Positions 10,171 through 23,245 of a stretch of 64,000 bases of DNA are shown here, one piece after another. Origin of the DNA: Candidatus Binatia bacterium (GTDB taxonomy: Bacteria; Desulfobacterota; Binatia; Bin18); assembly GCA_965231765.1 (NCBI GenBank), contig OZ246887.1, forward strand, positions 3,090,755 through 3,154,754, read 5' to 3'. Both the position numbers and the translations under genes were made by a program. Positions within the stretch are counted from its first letter, which is position 1. The number at the start of each line of letters is the position of its first letter. The notes beneath the pieces are model-generated. The model was not told the DNA's origin and did not search any database. It worked only from the letters and a program-made list of their open reading frames with translations.

Positions 10171-11574
10171 ATGCCTCCCAAATTCGAATCCAGCGACATT
10201 CCTGCGAAATCAGGCAGCTTCTGGCAACTCGCCGGACCTGGCGCGGTCTTAGTTGGCCTATCTATTGGTGCCGGTGAACTGATTGTCTGGCCACGCAATA
10301 CGGCGCAGTTCGGGGCGAGTATGACCTGGGCAGCTGTACTTGGAGTATTTTTTCAGTTCTGGATTAATTGTGAGGTCGGTCGCTATACACTTGCCACGGG
10401 TGAGAGTATTTACGGTGGCTTTCTACGTGTATCACGTCATTTTGCCTGGATCTTTCTGCTCTTGAATGTGTGTAGTTGGATCTTGCCTGGCTGGGCACGG
10501 GCGTGTGGCGGTGCACTCAAAGTACTGATTGTCGGACCTGACGGTTGGGGCGACCCGTGGATTTGGACGACGATTACCTTTATTGGCGTGGCTTTTGTGC
10601 TGTTTGGGCCAGAGCGGGTATATGCTTCGCTGGAGCACACGGTTAAGGCGCTGGTTGTGCTGATTACTGTCGGGCTGATTACGATTGCGTTTTCAGTTGG
10701 AGATGCTTCGACCTGGAAAGATCTGGGCAGCGGAATGCTCAACATTCCGTATAAAGACCCGGATATGGCTATGTATGTCTTATTCTCCTCGATCGTGTTT
10801 GCTGGGGCGGGTGGAACAGCAAACTTATTCTTCTCGTTTTATATTCGGGATAAAGGCTGGGGCATGGGCGCGCTGGTACCAAAAGTGCTCAACCCGCTGC
10901 GCGGGCGCGAGGAAACAACAGCTGAGCGTGCGTTTCAGATCACGTCAACCGAGCAGAACCTCGAACGCTGGAATGCCTGGTTCCGGCATCTGCATCTCGA
11001 CCAGATCTTGTTTTTCTGGTTTCTGAATACCGTCACGATTTTGTTGTTTATCTATGGCGCGCTAGCGGTTCTACACCCGCGAGGTATTGTTCCTAATCAG
11101 GAGCTGCTTGTCTGGCAAGAAGCAGAAATTATGGGCAGGCTGTGGGGTTCGTTTGGCAAGACTTTGTTTCTGCTCGTGGGAACCGCGTGTCTGTTTAGTA
11201 CCCAATTGACGCTGATTGATGGGGTAGCGCGTTCATGCGCGGATATTTTGCACACCAACTATTCTTGGGCCCAGAAAAAACCAATCAGTTGGTGGTATGG
11301 AACGATTGCAGTTGGCTGGATTATTCTGGGAATTGTCCTGACGTATCTGTATGAGAGTCTACCGCCAATTCTGTTTTTGATGGGTTCGGCTTTTTTTGGC
11401 GGTATTGCTATGGCTATTTATACCCCACTGACCCTCATGTTGAATCGCAGGCATCTCCCACCTGAAATGCGACCTGGCCCAGTGCGAACGGCGATCCTTG
11501 GTGTGATCAGTGCTTTCTACATTCTGTTTGCGATTATCTCGGTTGCGATTCTGACTCAGAGATTGTTTGTGTAA
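10171..11574 (+). CDS. Nramp/APC-superfamily membrane transporter
   Basis: GPGAVLVGLSIGAGELIVWP, EVGRYTLATGES, LFSTQLTLIDG; about 11 TM segments. Confidence 0.8.
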   Translation: MPPKFESSDIPAKSGSFWQLAGPGAVLVGLSIGAGELIVWPRNTAQFGASMTWAAVLGVFFQFWINCEVGRYTLATGESIYGGFLRVSRHFAWIFLLLNVCSWILPGWARACGGALKVLIVGPDGWGDPWIWTTITFIGVAFVLFGPERVYASLEHTVKALVVLITVGLITIAFSVGDASTWKDLGSGMLNIPYKDPDMAMYVLFSSIVFAGAGGTANLFFSFYIRDKGWGMGALVPKVLNPLRGREETTAERAFQITSTEQNLERWNAWFRHLHLDQILFFWFLNTVTILLFIYGALAVLHPRGIVPNQELLVWQEAEIMGRLWGSFGKTLFLLVGTACLFSTQLTLIDGVARSCADILHTNYSWAQKKPISWWYGTIAVGWIILGIVLTYLYESLPPILFLMGSAFFGGIAMAIYTPLTLMLNRRHLPPEMRPGPVRTAILGVISAFYILFAIISVAILTQRLFV

Positions 11575-11584
11575 GCGCACAAAC

Positions 11585-11608
11585 AAAAAAGGCGGCCAAT
11601 TGGCCGCC
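11585..11608 (-). terminator. Rho-independent terminator of the atp operon (possibly bidirectional)
   Basis: GGCGGCCAATTGGCCGCC palindrome with an A6 run (U-tract on the minus strand) between convergent genes. Confidence 0.7.
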
Positions 11609-11645
11609 TCTACTCAGTCCTCGTTACTCAGCACTCCGTCCTGAT

Positions 11646-11963
11646 TTACACATTTCCCGACAGCGTAAACGCGATCACCAGCGCGTAAATGGCCAGCGCC
11701 TCAATAAACGCGATACCAATGATCATCGGGGTCTGAATGCGGTCAGCAGAGCTGGGATTTCGGCCAATCGATTCCATTGCGGCAGCAACAGCGCGCCCTT
11801 GTCCCAATCCAGCCCCAACAGCTGCGATACCAATAGCCAAGCCTGCGGCGAGAGCAATCATTCCTCTTGATGAGTCGCCCCCACCATCTTGTGCAAATGC
11901 GGCACCACTTGTTGTCAGCAACAGGAATGCTGCAAATGCTCCTATCGTCCATACTCTCTTCAT
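11646..11963 (-). CDS. atpE: ATP synthase F0 subunit c
   Basis: GLAIGIAAVGAGLGQG, GRNP loop, IEALAIYAL; N-terminal extension. Confidence 0.95.
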   Translation of the reverse strand: MKRVWTIGAFAAFLLLTTSGAAFAQDGGGDSSRGMIALAAGLAIGIAAVGAGLGQGRAVAAAMESIGRNPSSADRIQTPMIIGIAFIEALAIYALVIAFTLSGNV

Positions 11964-12126
11964 ACCTCTACTCCTTTCTTGCCTCCCGTTAGCAAAGCCC
12001 TGGGCACGCCTCTCTCATCCTCTTCAACCGCTCCTCGCCCCTTCGCCTTAGAGATAGCTTCTTATGTAGCAGTTTTTTCTCTCTACGCGTCCATGTCCAT
12101 ATTCGTGCACTGATCCCTTCCATGCA

Positions 12127-12828
12127 TTAGTGGTGATCGTCATGTGCCGTGGCCAGAGATACGTACACCAAGCTGAGCAAGGTGAACACAAATGCCTGGA
12201 CCAGGGAGACAAACGCCCCCAGCGCATAGAACACCACCGGGATGCCGATCTTTGTCAGATCGGTGAAAATCTCTAAGACCACATGGTCACCGGTCATATT
12301 CCCGAAGAGTCGCAGCCCCAACGAGAAGGGCCGTACAAAATTGTCAATGAGTTCCAGAGGAACCATTAGGATTCCGAGCCACCAGATCGGACCCACAAAG
12401 TGTTTCAAGTAGGACAGTCCCTGTTCTTGAAAAGCGAAAAAATTGTAGGCGACGAAGGAAAGCGCACCCAAAGCGAAGGTGACATTAAAATCACTCGTCG
12501 GTGGAGAGAACCCCGGAACCAGACCCGTCAAATTCGCGCACAGAATAAATAAGAAGAAGGTACCATACAGGTGGACATAGCGCCGTGCTCGGTCCCCGAG
12601 GACACCCTCCGCCATACTGTGGACAGCTTCAACCAGCAGCTCGGCCATATTACGTAGACTGAGCGAATCATCAGGAATGTTGGGGTCTGGGGCTGCATCC
12701 ATCTGCTGCTTGGCCTTGGATGCAAGGTAAATAAGGAGGCCAGTGATGATGATGGATGTCGCAATATGGCCTGGTAAAAGGTTCAAACCAGGGATCACAG
12801 AGACCCAGGTGAAAGGGTGGTGTTCCAT
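12127..12828 (-). CDS. atpB: ATP synthase F0 subunit a
   Basis: RPFSLGLRLFGNMTGDH, LVQAFVFTLLS. Confidence 0.95.
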   Translation of the reverse strand: MEHHPFTWVSVIPGLNLLPGHIATSIIITGLLIYLASKAKQQMDAAPDPNIPDDSLSLRNMAELLVEAVHSMAEGVLGDRARRYVHLYGTFFLFILCANLTGLVPGFSPPTSDFNVTFALGALSFVAYNFFAFQEQGLSYLKHFVGPIWWLGILMVPLELIDNFVRPFSLGLRLFGNMTGDHVVLEIFTDLTKIGIPVVFYALGAFVSLVQAFVFTLLSLVYVSLATAHDDHH

Positions 12829-12837
12829 GTTTCTACT

Positions 12838-13242
12838 CTAATGATTTTCTACGCTGCGGTGCGTCTGCTCGATCTCTTGCCTGTCATTTTTTGATACGGA
12901 CAGGCCAACTATCATGCAGGCTAGCAGCAGTAAAGAGACCCCGATCGCAAAGCTCTGGCCATGAACAGGATAGCGGATAAACAGGGCACTCAGTAAAGCC
13001 AGAAAAAACAGTCCCTTAGCCACAAACCATATGAAGGCACGGGATTTTCTGCCTCCGTCGTGTGCCGACGGAGAAAGTGCCGTCCGCACAACTTTTTTGA
13101 GGAGCCAGAAGTTAACCTGCATCACGACTCCACCAATAATCAGGCTTGGCACATGCACATACTCAGTTGCCCAGCTAATCCCAGCACCTAGGCCAATTAA
13201 GAGAATATTGAGCCGTTCAATCTTTTCGATTGTTGTTTGCAT
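12838..13242 (-). CDS. atpI: ATP synthase protein I
   Basis: Four-TM small protein directly upstream of atpB. Confidence 0.75.
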   Translation of the reverse strand: MQTTIEKIERLNILLIGLGAGISWATEYVHVPSLIIGGVVMQVNFWLLKKVVRTALSPSAHDGGRKSRAFIWFVAKGLFFLALLSALFIRYPVHGQSFAIGVSLLLLACMIVGLSVSKNDRQEIEQTHRSVENH

Positions 13243-13468
13243 TATCTAAATTATCGGGGGGACGAGACAGGTGCTGAAGCACAATAATGAGACGGTACAA
13301 GGCACCAGCCATGCCGCCGACTGCTCCCAGGACCATAAGTAGTGGTGGCGTCCCAAATACGCCGTCAAGATAGCGTCCCAGGAGAATACCAGCAACAACT
13401 GCCCCAGCGAATTCAAAGCCAAGGGCGCCGTATCTTCCGTAGGTGAAAAGCGTGTTGTCCTTTGGCAT
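13217..13468 (-). CDS. AtpZ/AtpI family protein
   Basis: GFEFAGAVVAGILLGRYLDGVFGTPP motif; start at MPKDN. Confidence 0.8.
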   Translation of the reverse strand: MPKDNTLFTYGRYGALGFEFAGAVVAGILLGRYLDGVFGTPPLLMVLGAVGGMAGALYRLIIVLQHLSRPPDNLDNANNNRKD

Positions 13469-13493
13469 GAGGAAAACGTGAAACGTAAAAAGA

Positions 13494-14780
13494 CTATGAA
13501 GGCTTGAGGGTTTGCATAACTTCTTTGGCGGCAAACACGGTTTCTTCTACTTCTACTTCTCCGTGTGAAAGGGAAAGAAATGCGGCTTCGAACTGGGATG
13601 GCGGCAGGTAGATACCTCGCTCGATCATGCCGTGGAAATAGCGCGCAAACATCTTGGTGTCGCAGCTGACTGCTGTGTCATAGTCATTGACTGCATCGAC
13701 TCCAAAAAAAACAGTGATCATTGAGCCGAGCTGATTGACGCAGGCGTGGATGCCTGTGTCTTGAATCGCTTTTCGGAGTCCCTCGGCAAGCTGGCTACCG
13801 GTTTCGTTTAATCGCTCATACGCGCCTGGATTCTGCATAATCTTGAGCGTCTCTATGCCTGCTGTGACTGCCAGCGGATTACCAGATAAGGTTCCCGCTT
13901 GGTATACCGGTCCTAACGGGGCAAGACAGTCCATAATCTCACTCTTACCGCCAACTGCCGCTAGCGGTAGTCCGCCGCCGATGACTTTACCAAAGCAGCT
14001 CAGGTCTGGATCAATATTATACAGTTCTTGCGCTCCGCCTCGTGCCAGCCGGAAGCCGCTCATGACTTCGTCAAAGATCAAAACCACACCAGTATCTTTG
14101 GTGAGTGTCCTGAGGTCGGCCAGGAAACGTTCTTCTGGCAATACCAGTCCCATATTCCCCGGGACTGGCTCAACAATAACAGCGGCAACAGCATCTGGAT
14201 TGGCTGTAATCTGGGCTTCAACGCTGGCCAGATTATTATACTCAGCGATAAGAGTCTGGCTAGCAAAAGCCTCAGGAACGCCTCGGCTATCCGGCTGGCT
14301 AAAAGTCAGTGCGCCTGAGCCAGCTCGAACAAGTAACGCGTCGCTGTGGCCATGATAGCAGCCCGCGAACTTAATGATCTTCGTTCGGTCTGTACACCCC
14401 CTGGCTATACGCAAAGCCGTCATTGTGGCTTCGGTCCCAGAGGATGTGAGGCGGATCTTCTCGACTGAAGGCACGCTAGCGATCACCATCCGCGCCAGCT
14501 CAATCTCTTTAGCTGTTGGTGCGCCAAAACTTGTGCCACGCTTGACCACGTCTTCGAGGGCACGCACGACTTGAGGATGTGCATGCCCAGCAATCAGCGG
14601 TCCCCACGATCCGATATAGTCGATGTATTCTTTGCCGTCGGCATCAACCACTCGGCAGCCACGACCCCGCTGAATGAACCGTGGAGTGCCGCCTACTGCG
14701 CGCCAGGCGCGCACCGGACTATTAACTCCGCCGGGAATGATTTCTTGAGCTTCGCGAAAGAGCTTATCTGACGTAGACAT
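13494..14780 (-). CDS. hemL: Glutamate-1-semialdehyde 2,1-aminomutase
   Basis: IPGGVNSPVRA, SGTEATM, YHGHSD, FDEVMSGFR, FGKVIGGGLP. Confidence 0.96.
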   Translation of the reverse strand: MSTSDKLFREAQEIIPGGVNSPVRAWRAVGGTPRFIQRGRGCRVVDADGKEYIDYIGSWGPLIAGHAHPQVVRALEDVVKRGTSFGAPTAKEIELARMVIASVPSVEKIRLTSSGTEATMTALRIARGCTDRTKIIKFAGCYHGHSDALLVRAGSGALTFSQPDSRGVPEAFASQTLIAEYNNLASVEAQITANPDAVAAVIVEPVPGNMGLVLPEERFLADLRTLTKDTGVVLIFDEVMSGFRLARGGAQELYNIDPDLSCFGKVIGGGLPLAAVGGKSEIMDCLAPLGPVYQAGTLSGNPLAVTAGIETLKIMQNPGAYERLNETGSQLAEGLRKAIQDTGIHACVNQLGSMITVFFGVDAVNDYDTAVSCDTKMFARYFHGMIERGIYLPPSQFEAAFLSLSHGEVEVEETVFAAKEVMQTLKPS

Positions 14781-15072
14781 AGCGCGTTTTTTTACCTCAC
14801 GATGGGTTATCCTGTGCTAACACTCGCCCTGTGTCACGTCAAGGCAAAAAGAATTGTGTAGGAAAATCAGTAACTTTACGGATCGGAAATTTGTTTGCTT
14901 GCATTGCCAATCGAAAACGTCTAAACAGCTTGGAGTAACATCATCTGAACCTCTCTTTTGAAACTCAAAACAGCGATGTCGTAACAAATGATCTTCTCCT
15001 TTGCTTCCAACCCTCCTAGCTGTAAAAGCCGGGCTTTCCGGGGAGGGAGGGGAAAAAGGCGAGGGAGAAGTA

Positions 15073-15150
15073 TGTGCAAAACCTTGTGTAAAGTTGTGGA
15101 AAATCCTTTACGGGATAGGGTGTTAGGGAGTTATGCACAGGTGTGTATAA
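15073..15150. promoter_or_regulatory. DnaA boxes upstream of dnaA (autoregulation or oriC1)
   Basis: TTATGCACA at 15131, TGTGTATAA at 15142, degenerate TGTGCAAAA / TGTGGAAAA further upstream. Confidence 0.7.
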
Positions 15151-15181
15151 CTTGCCTACAAACTCAGGGTGAGTGTGTGGT

Positions 15182-16621
15182 ATGGATAGGGTGTGGGAAA
15201 ACGTATTGGACGTTGTTGAGGAAAAGATTGGGAAGACCAATACTAAGACTTGGCTGAAGCCGACCCGTCCGATTGGGCTCCGAGGAGACATCTTTCATCT
15301 GGAAGTTCCGAGTCCGCTTTTTCGTGAGTGGCTCCTCAACAATCTTCTTGGACCGCTAGAAGCATCCTTGGCCTCTGTCTTAGGCCATACAGCGCACGTG
15401 GCGATCCACGTAAATAGCAGCAAACAACAGGGCGAACTGTTTCCTCAAAATGAGCGCGGCGAACAAACAGACGATGAGTCTGACAAGCAAGGCGAAACGG
15501 ATGAAAAGGATAAAGAGGCAGACGACGCCTTAGCTCAACAAGCACAGGAAACACGATCGAAAACAAAATCACGCCAGACCAAGAAAAACGGACTGGTGCA
15601 AAGTTTCACGTTTTCGAGCTTTGTCGTCGGCGGTGGCAATCAATTTGCCCATGCGGCAGCACAGGCTGTGTCCGATCATCCGGGCAATCACTACAATCCG
15701 CTATTCATCTACGGTGGAGTAGGGCTCGGAAAAACGCATCTGATCAATGCCATTGGGCACCAAACGCTGGTCAAAAAGGGCAAGAGCAGTGTCTTTTATC
15801 TGTCCTCAGAGTCGTTCACCAATGAGCTCATTTCGCATATCCGCCGCGACCGCATGGATGACTTTAAAAACAAGTTTCGCAAAGCAGACGTGCTGATTGT
15901 CGATGATATACAGTTCCTATCGGGTCGAGAACGGACTCAAGAAGAATTTTTTCATACCTTCAATACTCTGTATGAGACGCGCAAACAAATCATTCTCACC
16001 TCTGATAAGTTCCCTAACGAAATTCAGGGTTTAGAAGAGCGACTGCGCAACCGGTTCGAGTCCGGTCTGATTGCTGATATTCAACCACCTGATTTGGAAA
16101 CTCGGATCGCTATTTTACAGAAAAAGGCCCTGGCCAAAAAAATCCTGATTCCGCCAGATGTGGCTCTCTTCATTGCCTCAAATGTGACGGCCAACGTCCG
16201 TGAACTCGAAGGCGGTCTGACCCGACTCGGCGCCCTTGCCGGGATGAATGATACGGCTATTACGGTCGATTTTGCCCGCCAAGTTCTCAACAACTTAGTC
16301 AAGGACAAAGGTCCTGAAATTACGATTGAAATGGTTCAGCGGGCCGTCGTCAAGTATTTTGGCCTACGGGTAGCTGACCTGAATTCTAAGAAGCGAACCA
16401 AGCCAGTGGCGTTTCCCCGCCAGGTTGCCATGTACCTGTGCCGGAAATTGGCCAACACCTCATATCCGATGATTGGCATCCGGTTTGGTGGCAAAAACCA
16501 TACGACTGCCCTGTACGCCTGCAGTACGATTGAAAAACGTCTCAAACGCGACGAAGAACTCCAAGCCATCCTTGATAGGATTGAGAGCACCATCTACAGC
16601 CAACGCGTTAAGGATAATTAA
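15182..16621 (+). CDS. dnaA: Chromosomal replication initiator DnaA
   Basis: YNPLFIYGGVGLGKTHL, LIVDDIQF, QEEFFHTFN, NVRELEG, PRQVAMYL. Confidence 0.97.
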   Translation: MDRVWENVLDVVEEKIGKTNTKTWLKPTRPIGLRGDIFHLEVPSPLFREWLLNNLLGPLEASLASVLGHTAHVAIHVNSSKQQGELFPQNERGEQTDDESDKQGETDEKDKEADDALAQQAQETRSKTKSRQTKKNGLVQSFTFSSFVVGGGNQFAHAAAQAVSDHPGNHYNPLFIYGGVGLGKTHLINAIGHQTLVKKGKSSVFYLSSESFTNELISHIRRDRMDDFKNKFRKADVLIVDDIQFLSGRERTQEEFFHTFNTLYETRKQIILTSDKFPNEIQGLEERLRNRFESGLIADIQPPDLETRIAILQKKALAKKILIPPDVALFIASNVTANVRELEGGLTRLGALAGMNDTAITVDFARQVLNNLVKDKGPEITIEMVQRAVVKYFGLRVADLNSKKRTKPVAFPRQVAMYLCRKLANTSYPMIGIRFGGKNHTTALYACSTIEKRLKRDEELQAILDRIESTIYSQRVKDN

Positions 16622-16689
16622 TTCAGACGAGTCATTCGTTCTTTGCTGATAGCCGATAATAGTTATGTTTATGCAGGAACGCCCGAAAC

Positions 16690-16880
16690 AGAATAAGCCT
16701 GTGCATAACTCTGTGCATAAGCTGTTGATAACTTCTAGAAGCTGTGCATAACTTTTGACCCTGTGCATAAGTCTCATTTTTATGCACACCCCCTGTGCAT
16801 AAAATTACTGTGTGAATTCAAACATTTAAGCCAGTTATGCACATATGCACATCCCCCTACTACTACTATTATCTTATATA
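16690..16880. other. Chromosomal replication origin oriC (dnaA-dnaN intergenic)
   Basis: Seven exact TTATGCACA/TGTGCATAA boxes (16700, 16712, 16743, 16762, 16780, 16794, 16835) followed by CCCCC, TACTACTACTAT trios and an AT-rich stretch. Confidence 0.85.
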
Positions 16881-16929
16881 AAGAAGAATGATAAGAAGAG
16901 AAGAGAGCCTGAAAAGAAGAGGGAACACC

Positions 16930-18102
16930 ATGGAATGCTCGGTGGAAAAAGATGACTTGCTACGCTGTTTATACCTTGTTCAGGGAGTGGTTGAGAAACG
17001 CTCTTCGCTTCCCATCCTTGCTCATGTCCTGATCGAATCGACAAACGAAAACATGAGCGGAGGAGATGGAAAAGGTGGAGAAGAAAGAAGCGGACTCTTG
17101 ATAGGTGCCACAGACCTTGAAATCGGCATTCGTCAAAACTGCAGAGCAATAGTCAAGAAAGGCGGGTCGATTACCACCGATGCTCGTAAGCTGTATGAGA
17201 TCGTCCGCGAGCTCCCGCCTGAAAATGTCTTCTTGCGCTCTGCTGGCAGCGGCTGGATAGAAGTCAGTAGTGGAAAATCGCGCTTTCGTATGGCCAGTCT
17301 TGATCCCAAAGAATTTCCAGCTATTACGCTGACCCAGGAAGATGCCGAAGGAGACAAGCCGTCCACCGCTACGTGTCCGGGGGAGGTCCTCCGGGAGATG
17401 ATCGAGAAAACCTTATTTGCCGCCTCGCCAGACGAGACTCGGCTTAATCTGAGCGGAGTCTATATCGAAGCGCTGGAATCAGGAAAAATACGCATGGTTT
17501 CGAGCGATGGCCACCGTTTGGCTCTGATTGAGCGAGAAGCAACTGTTTCTGATCCTTCAGCTTGGCCCAAAGTTATTCTTCCCCGTAAAGGGCTGCTTGA
17601 GGCCAGAAAGCTCTTAGAACGCAGCGAGGAGGATACAAAATTTTCTTTACGGGGAACCACTGCTGGACTGCAAAAAGGTACCACACAGCTGTCTATGCGG
17701 CTGGTTGAAGGAGAGTTCCCCGACTATCAACAGATTCTGCCAAAAGAGCATAATTTTATTATTCCCTTCGCCCGCGAAGATTTATCAAGCGCGCTACGTC
17801 GCTTGCTGATTCTGACCACTGAGCGCTCGCGTGGCATTAAGTTGCAGGCCGAGAAGGGGAAGGTCGAAATTTCGGTGAATACACCCGAACTTGGCGAGGG
17901 GGTTGAGGAGGTGCAAACCGAATACGCTGGAGAGAATATCGCGGTTGGCTTTAACGGCAGGTATATGCTTGAGGCGTTGGGGGTGATGGGAGAAGGACAG
18001 CAGATTTCTCTCTCGCTCAAAGACGATGTGAGCCCTGGTTTGCTCAGGATGGCGGAAGATCCTGATTTCTCGTATGTGATTATGCCGATGCGGATATTCT
18101 AA
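16930..18102 (+). CDS. dnaN: DNA polymerase III beta clamp
   Basis: LPILAHVLI, ATDLEI, SSDGHRLA, EGEFPDY, GFNGRY, YVIMPMR. Confidence 0.96.
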   Translation: MECSVEKDDLLRCLYLVQGVVEKRSSLPILAHVLIESTNENMSGGDGKGGEERSGLLIGATDLEIGIRQNCRAIVKKGGSITTDARKLYEIVRELPPENVFLRSAGSGWIEVSSGKSRFRMASLDPKEFPAITLTQEDAEGDKPSTATCPGEVLREMIEKTLFAASPDETRLNLSGVYIEALESGKIRMVSSDGHRLALIEREATVSDPSAWPKVILPRKGLLEARKLLERSEEDTKFSLRGTTAGLQKGTTQLSMRLVEGEFPDYQQILPKEHNFIIPFAREDLSSALRRLLILTTERSRGIKLQAEKGKVEISVNTPELGEGVEEVQTEYAGENIAVGFNGRYMLEALGVMGEGQQISLSLKDDVSPGLLRMAEDPDFSYVIMPMRIF

Positions 18103-18215
18103 TTCTACAAAAACGTTCTAAAATTATTATTTTGTACGAATATCGGCCCGGCTCTTGGTTTACTTCGGAGTCAGAAAATGCTACTTTCCTTGGCACGAAA
18201 GTAGCAGAAAAATAA

Positions 18216-20684
<2,469 letters not shown>

Positions 20685-20698
20685 CCTTTCCTATTCCC

Positions 20699-23245
20699 AT
20701 GGAAGAATCTACCAGTCCCCGTTTAGTCGCCGTCAATATCGAACAAGAGATGCGTCAGTCCTATATGGACTACGCGATGAGCGTCATTGTCGGCCGGGCG
20801 TTGCCTGATGTGCGAGATGGACTGAAACCAGTGCACCGACGGGCGTTGTACGCGATGTTCGATCTCAGCAACGACTGGAATCGTTCATACAAAAAGTCCG
20901 CCCGTATTGTTGGTGATGTTATTGGCAAATATCATCCGCATGGGGATACTGCCGTTTACGATACCATTGTCCGCATGGCCCAGGATTTCTCGTTGCGTTA
21001 TCCGCTTGTGGATGGGCAGGGTAACTTTGGCTCAGTCGACGGTGATCCTCCAGCTGCGATGCGCTATACCGAAATCCGTATGACGCGGATTGCCTCGGAA
21101 ATGTTGAATGACATTGAGCGGGATACCGTTAATTTTATCGCCAACTACGATGATTCGACTGAGGAACCCGTTGTTCTGCCAGCCAAGGTTCCGAATCTGC
21201 TGATCAATGGTTCGTCTGGTATTGCCGTTGGCATGTCAACCAATATTCCGCCGCATAATCTCGGCGAAGTGGTTGATGGACTGTTTGCTTTGCTCAATGA
21301 TCCGACTCTGACCAGCATCGATCTGATGCAATATATTCGGGGCCCCGACTTTCCGACTGCTGGTTTCATTCATGGTATGGCAGGCATCCGCGAGGCATAT
21401 GAAACGGGCAAAGGTATCGTCCATATGCGCGCGCGCACCTCGTTTGAGGAAAACGAGCGGACCAACAAGAGTACGATCATCGTGAACGAGCTTCCGTTCC
21501 AGGTTAACAAAGCTCGTTTGATTGAACGCATGGCTGATCTGGTCAACGAGAAACACATTGAAGGCATCTCAGATTTGCGCGACGAGTCAGACCGGGGTGG
21601 CATGCGGATTGTCATTGAGCTCAAAAAAGATGTCATTCCCGACGTTGTTCTTAATCAGCTGTATAAAATGACCCCGATGCAGGACTCCTTTGGAATTATC
21701 CTGCTCGCCATTGTGAACGAGCGTCCCCAACTTTTGACGCTGAAGGATGTCCTCGTCCACTTTTTGACCCACCGTCGCGAGGTTGTGCGGCGACGGACCA
21801 CTTTTAATCTTGGCAAAGCCCAAGAGCGTCTGCATCTGCTCGAAGGACTTAAAATTGCTCTGGAGAATATTGATGCGGTCATCCAGATCATCCGCAGTGG
21901 CGATAGTCCGACCAATGTCCGTCAAGAAATCGTGGCGCGATTCGCGCTGAGTGAGATTCAAGCTCAGGCTATTCTGGATATGCGTTTGCAGCGCCTCACC
22001 CAACTTGAGCAGGGCAAAATATTAGACGAACACGCCGAGATACTTGCGCTTATCCAGCAGCTTGAACACATTTTGGCCAACCCCAGCGAGATTGACGCCA
22101 TTATCAGAGAGGAACTCGAAGATATTCGGACACGTTTTGCTGATGAACGCCGGACTGAAATTATTGCTGCTACGGCTGACCTGTCTATCGAAGATCTGAT
22201 TGCTGAAGAAGATATGGTCGTCACCATATCGCACGCTGGCTATATTAAACGTAACGCGACATCTCAGTATCGATCCCAACGACGGGGTGGGAAGGGTATG
22301 GTCGGTGCGACCACCCGAGAAGAAGACTTTGTTGAGCACTTATTCGTGTCTTCAACCCACTCATATCTCTTGTTTTTTACCTCTTTTGGTCGAGTCCACT
22401 GGGTCAAGGTGCATGAGATTCCGCAAGGCAGTCGTACGGCTAAAGGCAAGGCGATTATCAATCTCCTTCCGCTTGGAGAAGGAGAAAATATCTCTGCATT
22501 TCTTCCCGTGCGCGAATTCAAAGAAGATATCTCCATCGTCTTTTCCACCCGAAATGGTCGAGTGAAAAAGACAGATCTGATGGCGTACTCCAATCCACGG
22601 ACAGGCGGGATTATCGCCATATCATTGGACGACAACGATGAAGTCATCGGCGTACGGATGGCAAACAGCAATCAGGATATCCTTCTCTCGACCAGAAATG
22701 GCAAAGCTATTCGCTTTTCTGAGAAGGACGTTCGGCCGACTGGTCGCAGTACGCAGGGGGTAAAAGGCATCAGTCTGGAAGCCGACGACAAGGTTGTTTC
22801 CTTAGCTGTTTTAAACCCGGACGAAACCCTTCTGACTGTCTCGTCTCTCGGCTATGGCAAACGCAGTAGCGTAGACGAATACCGAGTACAATCACGGGCT
22901 GGTAAGGGGGTACTTACCATGCGCACGACAGACAAGACAGGGGAAGTTGTCGGTGTGCGCCAAGTCACTGATGAAGATCACCTGATGCTGATCACCGATA
23001 GTGGACGTATTATTCGGCTGCGGATGCGAGAATTACGCACGATTGGTCGGAATACCCAAGGTGTGCGATTATTTGATATTGATCCAAAAGAACGGGTCGT
23101 CAGTCTGGCCTTGCTGGCAGAAGATGACGAATATGAAGAGACCGACGGAGAGATTGGCGAAGAGACTCAAGCCGAAGAAAATGGACAAGAAAGCGGGCCC
23201 GTGTCCGTTGAAGAAAACAGTTCGAATATCGAGGAGGATATATGA
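20699..23245 (+). CDS. gyrA: DNA gyrase subunit A
   Basis: [23 protein letters not shown], GyrA box QRRGGKG, acidic tail. Confidence 0.97.
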   Translation: MEESTSPRLVAVNIEQEMRQSYMDYAMSVIVGRALPDVRDGLKPVHRRALYAMFDLSNDWNRSYKKSARIVGDVIGKYHPHGDTAVYDTIVRMAQDFSLRYPLVDGQGNFGSVDGDPPAAMRYTEIRMTRIASEMLNDIERDTVNFIANYDDSTEEPVVLPAKVPNLLINGSSGIAVGMSTNIPPHNLGEVVDGLFALLNDPTLTSIDLMQYIRGPDFPTAGFIHGMAGIREAYETGKGIVHMRARTSFEENERTNKSTIIVNELPFQVNKARLIERMADLVNEKHIEGISDLRDESDRGGMRIVIELKKDVIPDVVLNQLYKMTPMQDSFGIILLAIVNERPQLLTLKDVLVHFLTHRREVVRRRTTFNLGKAQERLHLLEGLKIALENIDAVIQIIRSGDSPTNVRQEIVARFALSEIQAQAILDMRLQRLTQLEQGKILDEHAEILALIQQLEHILANPSEIDAIIREELEDIRTRFADERRTEIIAATADLSIEDLIAEEDMVVTISHAGYIKRNATSQYRSQRRGGKGMVGATTREEDFVEHLFVSSTHSYLLFFTSFGRVHWVKVHEIPQGSRTAKGKAIINLLPLGEGENISAFLPVREFKEDISIVFSTRNGRVKKTDLMAYSNPRTGGIIAISLDDNDEVIGVRMANSNQDILLSTRNGKAIRFSEKDVRPTGRSTQGVKGISLEADDKVVSLAVLNPDETLLTVSSLGYGKRSSVDEYRVQSRAGKGVLTMRTTDKTGEVVGVRQVTDEDHLMLITDSGRIIRLRMRELRTIGRNTQGVRLFDIDPKERVVSLALLAEDDEYEETDGEIGEETQAEENGQESGPVSVEENSSNIEEDI

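Noticed and set aside
16700-16851. Regularly spaced TGTGCATAA repeats as a CRISPR array or plasmid iterons
   Set aside because: 9-bp units in both orientations between dnaA and dnaN are DnaA boxes; no 23-47 bp repeats with unique spacers and no cas genes
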